The position numbers and the translations under genes are program-made. DNA of 64,000 bases from Vicugna vicugna (taxonomy: Eukaryota): NCBI GenBank assembly GCA_013265495.1, contig MU061578.1:4661308-4725307 (forward strand). The letters run 5' to 3'. The notes below the pieces were generated by a model. It ran no database searches. It saw nothing but the letters and a program-made list of their open reading frames with translations, and was not told the origin of the DNA. Shown here in pieces: positions 24,901-36,163 of this stretch (position 1 is the first letter of the stretch; every line of letters begins with the position of its first letter).

Positions 24901-27205
24901 CTGTTTCTCTCCATTTATGGTGGGTGGACTGAGGCAGAGTGTTAGTAATGGGCCTGGGGTCACACACTGGTCAAGCACGTGGCTCTAAGCAAAAGGAGCA
25001 GTGCGTGCAGGGCTGTGAGAGGTGCCTGTGGCCTGTGAGAGGGGCTGGGGCAGGGCCTTGAGGCCTATGAGCGCAGGGGTCTGCATTCTGCACTGAGCAC
25101 AGGGGAGAGGGGAGGTGTGTAGGGTGCAGCTGAAATGGGAAATAGGCACAGGGAAGCTGGGCACCAAGGAGAGGAGGGCAACTAGGGTGAAGGAGAGCAG
25201 GGGGAGGGGGCTGGGCTTCAGAGACGCTGTGGGAGGTGGTACAGAGCAGCAGGACTCAGTGACTGATGGATGGATGGCGACAAGGGGCCCACGAGGGCAG
25301 TGGAGCTGGTGGGGCTGTGTGCCAGGCCTCCAGGATGGGCAGGGGAAGAAACACTTGGCTCAGAATTGGACACAGCAGGCCAGGGAGGGTGGCAACCTTC
25401 AAGTCCATCAGGATGACCATCTGAGCTGGAGTGGCTTGGGCACCCTCAATGCACAGGTCACCAGCAGGAGGTGTAGCTGGTATAGCGGGAAATCTAGGTG
25501 GACTCTTGGACTTAGATCCAAGTGGAAGCATTATTTGCAGGTAGAGTGCAGCAAACCAGGAGGTGGGCATTGGAGGCAGAGCCCAGCCAGCTGAGGGACC
25601 CACAGGATAATGAATTCAGGGGCACACCAGGGGCCCCCTGGCATTGCCTGCCTCCCCACCCTATCCTTGGCCCCCCCTTGCTCCCCCTCCTCTGATGGAG
25701 GGTGGCATGGGTCTAGCTGCTGCCTAGGATGGTGCATTTGGCCCTGGGCCCTCACTGGAGCTGGCTGGTTGTGTTTCAGAACAAAGTTCTGGATGTGGAT
25801 GGCACGAAGGTGAAGCTGCAGGTGAGGGGTGACTGGGGGGAGTTGAGGGCAGGGGGCACCTGGAGGGACTGGGCAGCCCTGACCGCTGGACCATACCCCT
25901 TGCCGCAGATCTGGGACACAGCCGGCCAGGAGCGGTTCCGCAGTGTCACACACGCTTACTACCGCGACGCTCATGGTGAGCTCGTGGGCATGCAGCCCCA
26001 GGGAATTGGGGCCATGCTCTGTGGGTGTTCTGCTCCCTAGGCTTCTGCTTGGAGGAGGGTGCCCAGGGTGTGAGGGAGGCAGAAGCGCCAAGGGTGTGAC
26101 ATGTGAGGGTGTGGGTGATGGATGGGGAGCCGCCGTGGGCTTCAGGGGGTATCCTCATTTGCCCTCTGCCCCCAGCACTGCTGTTGCTCTATGATGTCAC
26201 CAACAAGGCCTCCTTTGACAGCATCCAGGTCAGTGGCTTCCTTCCTGGTTGGGGTGACAGGTCATAATGGAGCTTGACCACAGATGGCATCAGGGTTCCA
26301 GAGTTCTGAGGGCCCTACTGATAGTGGGGAGGAGGAAAGAACCCTTCTTCATGGCCCAAGTACGGTGGCTCAGGTTGACCGTGAGCTGCAGGGGGGCCTG
26401 AGTGACTTTCCAGTTCAGCAGCCCAACACCTGAGATAAGGTACCTGTTGGATTCCCTCCGGAACAGCACACAAGGAGCACTGGTTCTGATCCTCTTAGCC
26501 AAACACTGAGAGGCACCCTGTGGCACCCTGTGAGGTGTCCTGGAGGGGCCAGGGGTTGCCGGGAGCACTAGCTTCCAGCCTGGCCTCAGCTCTTCCCGAA
26601 CAGGCCTGGCTGGCAGAGATCCAAGAGTACGCCCAGCACGACGTGGTGCTCATGCTGCTGGGGAACAAGGTGGGCACCCCAGCCTGTCTTCTCTCCCCTG
26701 GCTCTGCAGGGGGAAGGGTGGTAGGGAAGTGAACCCGGGGCCAGCTCTCACCCAGACTCTTGTGCCAGGTGGACTCTGCTCAGGAGCGTGTGGTGAAGAG
26801 GGAGGATGGGGAGAAACTGGCTAAGGTGAGTTGGGGTTTGCAGCGTGGCCAGGGGGTGCCCTTGAGGCTTCAGGGCTGTGGCTGTCCCCATCAGTCTGCA
26901 GCTGGCTGTTTGCAGGAGTATGGGCTACCATTCATGGAGACCAGCGCCAAGACGGGCCTTAACGTGGACTTGGCCTTCACAGCTATAGCAAAGTAAGTCC
27001 TGCCAGTCACCAGGAAGAACCACCCCCCCCCAGACCTAGGGTCTGAATCCCTTTGGTTGGAGGCATAGGCCACCCTGTTCCATGGTCATCCCTGCCCCAC
27101 AGGGAGCTGAAGCAGCGCTCCACGAAGGCCCCCAGCGAGCATCGCTTTCGGCTGCACGACTATGTCAGGAGGGAGGGCCGGGGGGCCTCCTGCTGCAGAC
27201 CCTGA
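21959..27205 (+). CDS. RAB26: Ras-related protein Rab-26 (256 aa, 9 coding exons)
   Basis: Exons 21959-22153, 23206-23316, 25780-25821, 25909-25975, 26176-26228, 26604-26669, 26769-26825, 26916-26992, 27103-27205; all GT-AG, total 771 nt. Motifs [33 protein letters not shown] and C-terminal SCCRP prenylation signal; N-terminus [11 protein letters not shown] is typical of RAB26. Confidence 0.98.
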
Positions 27206-27978
27206 ACCTGGCTGGGCACGGCCACTGGGGTATCCTCCTGGAAGGCTGGACAGAGTCTACATGTCCCTGATGTCATCACCCAGCAGTCAACCCCAGGGTG
27301 TCTGTTTCTAACAAGTCCACATCTGGGCAGCCATCTAGACCCTTGGTCCCAATAAATGGGCCTCAGGAAGCCAAAGGGTCCACAGGCCTCCTTCACCTTC
27401 TCCTGCTTGAAGGCTCTCACAGAAAAGCAACCATCTTCTGCACCAGATGGGCCCCTACAGTGTATAGACTGCCGGGTGCCTCCCACCATGGCACTCTGCT
27501 GCCCCCTCCTGGGCACACCCAGCTCTGAGGAGCATGCATCCAGTGCCTAATTGCCTAGAAAGCCATGTCTTCTGCTGCATATGCTGCCCAGGAAGGAAAA
27601 AGCCTAATTCCTGTCCATGCCTGGGGCAGCGGGCCTCACTGCAAATCACATCATGCATCTGTGCTCCAAGGACCAGAGCGGCCTGCTCATGGCCCACCCA
27701 CTAGGAGGCCCCAGCTGCCAACAGGGTCTTTCACATTACCTTGGAGGATGCCAAGGCTGTGGCTTTGTAATGCAGTGAATTGCATGTGGGAAGTCACAGA
27801 AATGTCAGGGAAACTAGGACTGCCAGCCTTCACCTACTGCCCAGGGTACCGTACTGGGCCCGGCCCACAGCTGAGGCCAGTGCTTGCTGTGGTCAAGCCA
27901 GGGGGTGGGCAAGGAGCTCCACCTCGTACTAAAATCTTCAAGTCAGTCTTCTGAGAGCTTTTGTTTCTGGTCCTAGTG

Positions 27979-28025
27979 AATAAAGTTGTGTCCAGTGGAG
28001 TGCCTGCCTTGTCCATTGAAATAAA
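27979..28025 (+). terminator. RAB26 poly(A) signals (AATAAA at 27979 and 28020; proximal candidate at 27351)
   Basis: AATAAA hexamers downstream of the stop at 27205, followed by GT-rich sequence. Confidence 0.65.
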
Positions 28026-28972
28026 GCGACTGCTCAGGTCCTGTTAGTTCATGGCCCACCCCCAGGGCAAAGGCACAAAAATTTATTTTTTGGCCTCAGA
28101 CAAAAATAAAGAAGGCCCTCCAAATAGGTGGGAAGTCACTGGTATGAACTTCCATCTTCATGCCTCTACCCCTTACTGAGGACTGCCCAGAGAAAGCCAG
28201 TCATCCCAAGGAGCCCTCTGGGATGCAAACAGGTGTGAAAATAAAGACACATGTGCTCTGATCAACTCACTGCCTTTGCTTTATTGTTAAGCTCTTCAGA
28301 TATGGACTCCCGCCTGACCCCCAGGCCCCTGGAAAGATGTAGACTTACCTCAAAGTCTTCAGCCAGGTCACTGATGGCTCTGACATTAGTGGGCCATGTA
28401 GAGACCTTACAAGGCCCAAAACTTAGATGGGATCTTGCCTACCACCCAAGAATTCTCAGTGGAGGCAGGAAAGGGAAAGCGCTCCAGAGGGAAAACGTCA
28501 GCTAAGGCCAGTCAAGACAACTCCAGCTCCCAGCTGGACCACAGGGGCTTTTACTGGAGGGTTCTGCTGTCATGTCTTCATTCTAGGTGTGCTCGAGACA
28601 AGTTTTCCTGAGCCCTTTTAACACTTCTCCTTCCATTGAGTCCAGCCCTGTAACAAAAAACTTTGTGGGGAAAGAAGGAAGGAAAAATGCTGGGCTTTCT
28701 ATCATGTTTAGAGTCAAGGCACCAGCTGCAGAACAGAAAATATTCTCAAGGGTCAAGGGAGGGGTGATCAGGCAGGCTTACTGACCCTGGCTGATTAGCA
28801 AATGCCAGACTGTTTTCAAAAATAGTTGTTTCTCTTACCCCGCAGCTGGCTCCTTGGTTTCAAGGACATAACCCCTCAACAGAATGTTTCTATCCAAGGA
28901 CATAGCCATACGAGATATTTTATGTTCCACAATGGCTGCATCAATTCCAAGGATATACTCCAGTATCTTTTT

Positions 28973-29270
28973 TTTTTTAACATTTTTTATTGATTTATAA
29001 TCATTTTACAATGTTGTGTCAAATTCCAGTGTTCAGCACAATTTTTCAGTCATTCATGGACATATACACACTCATTGTCACATTTTTTCTCTGAGTTATC
29101 ATAACATTTTGTGTATATTTCCCTGTGCTATACAGTGTAATCTTGTTTATCTATTCTACAATTTTGAAATCCTAGTCTATCCCTTCCCACCCTCCACCCC
29201 CCTGGTAACCACAAGTCTGTATTCTCTGTCCGTGAGTCTATTTCTGTCCTGTATTTATGCTTTGTTTTTG
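28973..29270 (-). mobile_element. 5'-truncated, relatively young L1 3' end inserted in the ERV repeat
   Basis: Poly-T head with TTTATT; L1 3'UTR-like sequence; 17-nt TSD TAC(T/C)CCAGTATCTTTTT at 28956-28972 and 29271-29287. Confidence 0.85.
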
Positions 29271-29749
29271 TACCCCAGTATCTTTTTGTTCTCTTTCCCA
29301 CCAAAGTTTTAGGGCTGAGCTCCACAGGAGGCAAGAGTCCACAATAGAGGCTGACTGGCACCACTGAATTAATGACAAGTCTTCCAGTAACAGTCTGACC
29401 AGGGGCTGGCGCTGTCTTGACCTGGAGAAGGGCTCCCTGCTTTATAGTGTTTCCCCTTCTCTGAATATAAGAGCTCCTTTTCACTGTCCCTCTGCCTCTA
29501 GTGAAGATTTAAACTGGCAGACAAGGACCCACACACTTGATGGGCTTTCCAATTTGGTCTCTGTCCGCTGACTGACTGGTACTTCTGTTAATAAGCCAAG
29601 GTGAGTCTGCCTAACCACTCACCTTCCCAAGACTTCATACTTTCTGTAGCTTTTTCCTGCTGTATGGGGGCACTGGCCAGTCTAGCCAGAGTAGAGGTCT
29701 CTATCTGTTCTGTTCAAAATCTAGATAATCTGACCCCAAGGTGGGCTTC

Positions 29750-30620
29750 TAACCACACAGCAACAGATTTTACTTTGAAGTTGCTGGAGATGATTTGAAA
29801 TGAAGCATTTTAAGTAAGCATGGTCCAAAAAGTAGGGCCAAAAGGGTAGTCACAGCAGGGCCGAGAAAAGACAAGAGCCAAGGCAGGCATGGGGTCATCA
29901 CCAGCCAAGTTCCTCACCCGTCTGTTTGCTGCCTGCTCCAGCAGGCCTTTCATCTCTTCCGGCACCCGCCTGTAGTAAAATGTTCCCTCCTGGCTTGCAG
30001 TGAGATCTAAGGCGCCGCGGTTTTGTAAGACCATGGCCACCAGGGCACTGGGATTGGCTAAAGGTCTGGGCAGTATAGCTAGCTGAGAAAAGCATGCAAT
30101 GCAAGTCCTCCTGTGGCCAGTCCTGCTAGACCAGGAGACCCAAGAACAGTGGAATGAGGGGCTGGCTCTATTACCTGGCAAGTGTAGACTAGAAGAAAAG
30201 CACTGTTGTCCCAAATTATGTCTGTGTAGTAACATATCCTTAATGAGGTCTTCATCTATCCCACTGGAAGAGGCCCCCAGCTGTGGGTCTAATTTAACTG
30301 TCACGTCGGGTGTGCCAGAGACCAGGTCCCCATCCATTTAGCACTGTGGACAGAGCAAGGGCAATGTTTAAGCTTTTAAAAGTGGTCCCTTGTGCAGCCA
30401 GGAGTAAATGGATGTAACTGTTGCATGGCATTCAGGGCCTTATCCCGATAGAATACTGCGCTTGGACTCCCCCCACAGGGTGAACTTGGGAGGGGTCTGG
30501 ACATTTGATAAGTTAACACTCACTGGAGCTTTTGTTTTTTGACTCAGGAACCAGGAAAGCAGTATGTTAGGCCACAAAAGAAAAAACACTGAGTAGTTAA
30601 TGTGGCCCATGAGTTTTATC
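29750..30620 (-). pseudogene. ERV env remnant (TM subunit with immunosuppressive domain)
   Basis: LVAMVLQNRGALDLTASQEGT matches the gamma-type ISD (LQNRRGLDLL) at ~30000-30045; downstream LLFGPCL-like membrane-anchor end at ~29815-29840. Confidence 0.8.
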
Positions 30621-30649
30621 CGTTTTCTTTCCAGTCCCTGCCTCCTGAG

Positions 30650-32060
30650 TTTCAGCAACTTACAAGTCCTCAGGCCGTCATGTTTTCACATCCGTGAGAC
30701 CTGGAAAGTGGCACGGCAGTTGGCGTTGGTCAGTTCCCCAACAAGCGTTCCCCTTGCATGAGGGCTGTAGATACAGTGGGAAGACAGACTGGGGGGTGAG
30801 GACAAAGTCACCCTTACTAGCAGGGAGGTGGCCACTGTAGGACAAGCAGGCCATCCTCTAGCTACGTCTAGTTTCTGGCGACAGGCTGGCCCAGTTTACA
30901 GGGCCTATCTAGTTTGGGTAGCCCCAAAGCTGGGGCCGTGATCACGGCTTTTCATTGTTCAAAAGCTTGGGTGCATGCATGCTAAGTCCCAGTCGAGCCG
31001 TCCCTCTTAATTTCTCAGAGGTTTGGCTAGTTGGCCACAGGATGGGACCCAAGTTCAGCATAAGCCAGTCATACCAAGGAACCCTTGCAGCTGTTTTCAG
31101 GTTTGGTGGGATTCAACATTTTCTTTCCCTCACTGACGATGAACCCAAGTATTTTACTTGAGTACGGCTGATCTGTGCCTTTCCTGGAGACCCAGTATCC
31201 TCTTTTAATAGTGTCTTCCCTAGAGGCCTCGAGGGTGAGGCCGGCTATAAATAAATCATCCACATATTGTATCAAGGTGCTCTGGGTGTGAGCTCCTTCA
31301 GGTCCTGTCCCAAAGGGTTTCCAAAGATGTGAGGGCTGTCCTGAAACCCTACAGGGAGCCAGGCCCAGCAAAGTTAGGTGGATTATGGCAGTTAGAAATT
31401 CGGATGAGGAATGTAGAGAAAGGCATCCCTTAGGTGCATTGAGAAATACAGCCCCCGCTGGGAACCTGGGCAAGGAAGGTCTACGGGTTTGGTACAACAG
31501 GGTGTTTTGGTATGACTGCCTCACTGAGCCCCCGGAGGTCCTGTACAAAAAGGTAGGAGCCACCTGGCTTTTTGACAGGTAGTATAGGGGTATTACAGGG
31601 GGACTTACAAGGTATGATTATTCCTAGTTGCTGGAACTTGGTAACTTAAGGGCCTAAGTCCCCATAGGGCCTCAGGTTTTAGGTGGTTTCACTTCTTCCA
31701 GGCTTAAGATTAAGAATTTCTACAGGTGCGGTGTTTTGGGCAAACCTGGGCTACAAGTGTGCCAGACTCGGGGGTCCCCTGGGAAGGAGGGTCAGAGTCT
31801 ACCTGCAGGCAATCAGCCAGCCACTGGACAGAGGTCTCTTCCCAATAGGGGACCCGGACACTCCAGAATGTAGAGGAAGGAATGGGTTCCTCGCCAACTT
31901 CCCAACTTGCAGAAGGGTTTAGTGAGTTGGCAGGGTAGAGCTTCCCTTTCTGCTTCCATTAACCGACCTGCTACTATCAAAAGGTCTCGAACGGGAGTAC
32001 AGAAAAGGCAGACCCCATACCCTAAAGGAAACTCCTTACCTTCTACACCCATGGGGGCTT
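30650..32060 (-). pseudogene. ERV pro-pol remnant, internally deleted
   Basis: RT catalytic LIQYVDDLFIAG (YVDD at 31255-31266); SPCNTPILPVKK motif (~31566-31605); protease-like GSAFSVL near 32000-32020. Many stops and frameshifts; far shorter than an intact pol. Confidence 0.85.
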
Positions 32061-32129
32061 CTCAAGCCAATAGGCATCATTTCTGGTCAGCCATGACAGA
32101 GGGCCTGGGCTCAGGAGTTGGCTGCCTTC

Positions 32130-33400
32130 CCTCAGGGTGACTGGGACATTCCCCTTCCCAGTGTCTGTCTCCCTTGCCACATTCACACTGAGTGTGCGGT
32201 AGCTACAGTGGTGTGTGGGGCTTAATGCCAGGTGGGGAGACCACAGCCCCAGCCTTGGCCTGCTAGTTTGCCAAGAGGCTTCTCTATCTTCCTATCTTTC
32301 TGGGCTTCTCTTCCTTCCTTCCTTCTTCCTCTTGGTCATGGTTCAGGAAGACCTCATTTGCTTCCTCCACCATCTCAGCAATGGGCGTCTCAGGTCCTTT
32401 ATCGAGCTTTTGTAACTTTCTTCTAACGCCAGCTGTGGCCTGAGGAGACAGCTAACAGGCCTTTACCCTCCAGGCTTTCTAGATCATTTAGGGTTTAAAT
32501 TTTAAAAGCCTCCATGAATCTGCCTATGGAGAGGGCTGGGTTTAAATGTGACCCTGGGTAATTTATCTTGTTATAGTTCATAGCCTTTGTGACCCCAAGG
32601 GTCATGCCCTGGAGAGAGCAGGAAACAAAATAGCTAAGGGCCTTGTTGCCTGCCCCAGTGTTGAGGTTCCAATCAGGCTCAGATAAGGGTATGGTTTCTC
32701 CAGGGCCCAAATGAGCGTCGGCCTGTAGTCTCTCATCTGCCACCTTGAGCCTGGTCTAGGATTCTCCTTTCCTCTTCATTGCAGACAGAAGTGAGTCAAA
32801 ATGACCATAATGTCCCTCCAGGTAAGGAGGAAACTTAAGTGTCAGGCAGTCAAATTCATCATGGAACTTCTAGGGGTTTTCTAAATACGAGCCCAGCTCT
32901 TCTCTGCACTGGGCAAAGTCTTGCACTGACAAGGGTATGTTAACTCCCATGGTTCCCCTCACCCTCGGGCACTTCCCTTAGACAAATTTTTGCTTAGTTC
33001 AGCCACTGTTTTGGGACACAGCTGATTTTCCAATCTGAGCCCCATGGGAGAGGGGGCACATGGCAGGGAGGCCTGTTCTGAAGTACTCTCTCCTGCCGTT
33101 TCTGACGGGGTGGAGGGCTCTGGGGAACTTTGGCATCGCCAAGGGGGGATTAGCCTCTGCTTTTGCCAGGACTCTGAAAGAACATTTATGAGGATCTGGG
33201 AGTTGAAATTTCCATCTTGATCAGTCCTGATAGAGAGCCCCGAAATCATGGATATAGGGGACCTTGCCATCTTTGTTTTCATGTCTGCATTATAAACTGA
33301 ACAGTATTGATGGCCAGGCTGCCAGAAGGGGGCCATCTTTCTCCTTCCTCTAGTGGGCAGGCAGGGCAGTCCTATGTGCAGCAGTGAATTCATTTCTTTC
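32130..33400 (-). pseudogene. ERV gag remnant (capsid p30 and CCHC zinc knuckle), frameshifted
   Basis: Peptide PLSEPDWNLN...SCSLQGM...KAMNYNKI...NPALSIGRFMEAF resembles the ERV1 capsid/major homology region; C..CG..HWKGECP-like knuckle at ~32140-32190. Confidence 0.8.
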
Positions 33401-34169
33401 TCTTTAGCCTGTCCAATTGACAGATTTCCCAGAGAGGTATGGTTTATGTCCCAATTATCGAGGGGCCTATGGCAGGAGGAATGCCTTGGTTCCAGGCACA
33501 GAAGGACCTTTCCTGATCCCAGGCCACCTGGTTGTAACTGTGCTGGAGGGTCTTTACTGGCAAGGACAGTTAAGGGAGCCAAGGAGGGGTTCTGATGGGG
33601 GAGTTAATCCCCATACAGCCCTCTAAGGTTCGAAGTCTTCAATTCTGGGCTCACCCTGAGAGAGTAGTATAAATCCAACTCTCCAGCACTTTAGACAGAT
33701 ACAGACTCCAGCCTAACCACCAGGCCCCTGGGCTGACGTTGACTTACCTACAGGTCTCCAGCCGAGTCACTGACAGTCCTGATGTTAGCAGGCTGGGTAG
33801 AGACCTGTTACAGGGCCCAAAGCTTAGGAGGGATCTTGCCTACTACCTAGGAAAGAGTTCTCAGCGGAAGCCAGTGCAGGGGCAGTGCATACAGTTGCCT
33901 GATCCCTTAAGAGGGAAGGAAACTGACAGGAAGTCAAGATGGCTGATCAAGACAGCTCCAGCTCCCTGTGGGGCCACAGGGGCTGTTACTGGAGGATTCT
34001 GCCGTCATGTCCTCATTCTGGGTGTGCTGGAGCCAATCACCCTTCTTGAGTCCTTTTAATGCTTCTCCTTCTGTTGAGCCCAGCCCTGGAACAAAAATTC
34101 AGCAGGAAAATAGGAGAAAAAAATTAGAAAAAAATGCTAGGTTTTCTATCGTGCTTAGGTCGCTAGAAT

Positions 34170-34749
34170 TGTAACCTAGAACGACCCTAAAGAGGTTCTC
34201 CTGGAACAGAACCAACCCCCTCCATGTTTTCTGCCTGCCTCTTGTCTGCAGGAAAACTTTAGTTTCCTAGGCTTCTCAGAGTTTCAAAGAGTACATTTAA
34301 TCAGAGAAGTGAGAATAGAAAGGAAAACAGTCAAGCAAGACAATAGTAGTTTAGCCATTAAACAAAGTCAAGGAAATTTAGTTCCTCCCCGATGTGCTAT
34401 ATATCCTTGGAGCTGTCTGGCAGACACTGAAACCCTCACCAGGCGAATCAACTACATGCTGCCCACAAACACATAGACCCCAGACTGGTTGGTGATGTTA
34501 GCTCCTGATTACCTCACCACCAGCCAATCAATAGAATGTTCATGGGCTGATCACATACCCCACAACACTCCTCTCTCACCTTATCTTTAAAACCTTTCCT
34601 TGAAAGACTCTGGGAGTTTGGGCCTTTTAAGCACTATCTTCTTTGGACTACTTGCTCAGTGATCTGCAATAAACATTGCACTTTCCTTAACCACAACCCG
34701 GTACAGTAGATTGGCTTTACTGCATACCGCCAAGTTTGGTTTGGTAACA
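34170..34749 (+). mobile_element. Solo LTR (ERV1-type) nested in the provirus
   Basis: TGTAAC...GGTAACA termini; 4-bp TSD GAAT/GAAC; CCAAT at ~34524; AATAAA at 34668-34673. Confidence 0.85.
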
Positions 34750-35064
34750 GAACTGAGGCAGGCAGGGAACTAGCAAACTGAAACTTGGACCCATCAACTA
34801 GAGACTTCTTGAAAAGTTTGAAAGTAGAGTCACCTAGAAGGAACAGAAAGTCCTTACTAGATCTAATCCTCATGACCACATTTTTTAAGGGTCTTGCTCA
34901 GTCTAGCCTGACCACATTGTTTTAGCTTGACTATAGTCTTTGAGGGTCCCTCGTTACCGGATTTTGTTTGTCCAGTGTTTGTTCCAGGGAGCAGAAGCAG
35001 CAGGAACAGAGCAGTCAGTGGAAAGAGGGCAAGAAACACCAAAGACAGATAAAAGGACCGCATT

Positions 35065-35377
35065 TGTAATGGGAGAATTCAGCTGGCGGGGAGAGACCGA
35101 CAGCACGCACTTGTAGGATCAGAAAAAACTGGTTTATTCCACACCGGTGCTGGCCCAGCAGTCACCTCCAAAGGCCGAGCCCCCGGCTTGGGCTTTGATT
35201 GCCTTTTATACATGTTAGGCTTCCAGGTATTTGGGACCTTCCAGGCTAAGTGCAGTAAGTTTCCTTTTCCCCATTTCTGGCTGATGCGAGAAGCAAGCAC
35301 GAGTACAGAAGCCAACAGAATGACAGTAAAGTGTAAGTGAAAAAGGGGTTTTTATCCCTGCTTGATTTTCTTCCTCA
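35065..35377 (-). mobile_element. Short solo LTR (ERV1-type)
   Basis: Minus strand TGAGGAAG...CCCATTACA; perfect 4-bp TSD CATT (35061-35064 / 35378-35381); TATAAAA (35210-35204) and AATAAA (35138-35133). Confidence 0.85.
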
Positions 35378-36163
35378 CATTAAGACCCCAAGAGGGGGAG
35401 ATCTTGCACTAGGTCACCCTGGCCTGCAGCTCCCCCACCCCGCCTTCCGCTTGGGTAATAAAGAGCAGCTTTTTCACTATATCCTATGTCTCCACTGTTA
35501 ATCCTTTCACCGTACAAAGGCAAGAGCCTGCGCTTTGGGGTTTTTTTCCCCTCTTATGGGAGGCCCCTGTCCGCTAACAGAATCAAGGCGCCAGCTGCAG
35601 AACAGAACGTTTTTAAACGGCCTGGTCCTTCTCCATTGTTAATAAGCCACGGTCGGCAAAGCTGCCTCATCACCCCCGTCACTGAAAGTCAGACAGCGTC
35701 CAAACGTAGACAGAAGCCCAACCCTGCCATTTCCGGCAAGACCTGTTTTCACCCCACAGGCCCTTCCAACAGGGGGAGGGAACCCCGAAGCCTCAGTCTT
35801 GCAAAATAATCAGACTGCATGTGCAGTTTTCATACGAGGTGTCAGAAATTAAAGGAATTCATCATAGGCTCGGAGAGGAATGGGGAAACCAGGCCTGACC
35901 CAGTCCAGTTCAGCCTTACCTGTAGTAAGAAGTATATCTAGAAATTCAGGCTTCCCCGACGAAACTGGCAGGAGTGTGGGGAAGAAACGCACAGAACGTT
36001 GAGGACCAAAGAGGAGTTCAGGCGGAGGCTGGACCAGCGAGCTGGAGCGGCCTGTGGGTTTGGGACACCTCCCTAGCCTCACTCGCCGAACACTTCCGCC
36101 CCAGATCGTGGGGCATGCAATCAGCAAAAAAACGCATTCACAAGTACCACCTGATCCCAAAAG
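35110..36163 (-). ncRNA. SNHG19: snoRNA host lncRNA (SNHG19 orthologue); exon 1 ~36163-35920, intron carrying SNORD60, 3' exon uncertain
   Basis: Minus-strand TATAAAA (36194-36188) lies 31 nt before a TOP/TCT-type start T-CTTTT (C at 36163). Strong donor CAG|GTAAGG at 35920/35919. Candidate acceptors at 35682 and 35595; AATAAA at 35138-35133. Confidence 0.7.
35788..35870 (-). ncRNA. SNORD60: C/D box snoRNA SNORD60 (U60), 28S rRNA 2'-O-methylation guide
   Basis: 83 nt, minus strand AGCCT-ATGATGA(C box)...CTGA(D box)-GGCTT with terminal stem AGCCT/AGGCT. Guide TTTCTGACACCTC (35836-35848) is complementary to conserved 28S GAGGUGUCAGAAA. Internal ACTGCA-CA-TGCAGT hairpin. Syntenic position between RAB26 and TRAF7. 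Confidence 0.96.

Larger units (their letters stand above)
28290..35680 (-). mobile_element. Decayed class I (gammaretrovirus-like/ERV1) provirus with nested insertions
   Basis: Minus-strand gag, pro/RT and env remnants in the correct order, flanked by diverged direct repeats (28297-28710 ~ 33696-34158; 28711-28750 plus 29576-29622 ~ 35580-35676). Boundaries approximate. Confidence 0.88.

Noticed and set aside
28840..28960. Possible decayed second SNORD60 copy (TGATG...CTCGTATG...TGAGG anchors at similar spacing on -)
   Set aside because: Intervening sequence does not align, C/D boxes and guide are absent, and the segment looks like LTR U3 with CAAGGACATA repeats.
35600..35676. Second C/D snoRNA starting at GTGATGA (-) downstream of SNORD60
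   Set aside because: No CTGA D box or terminal stem at a suitable distance; the segment is homologous to ERV repeat copies.
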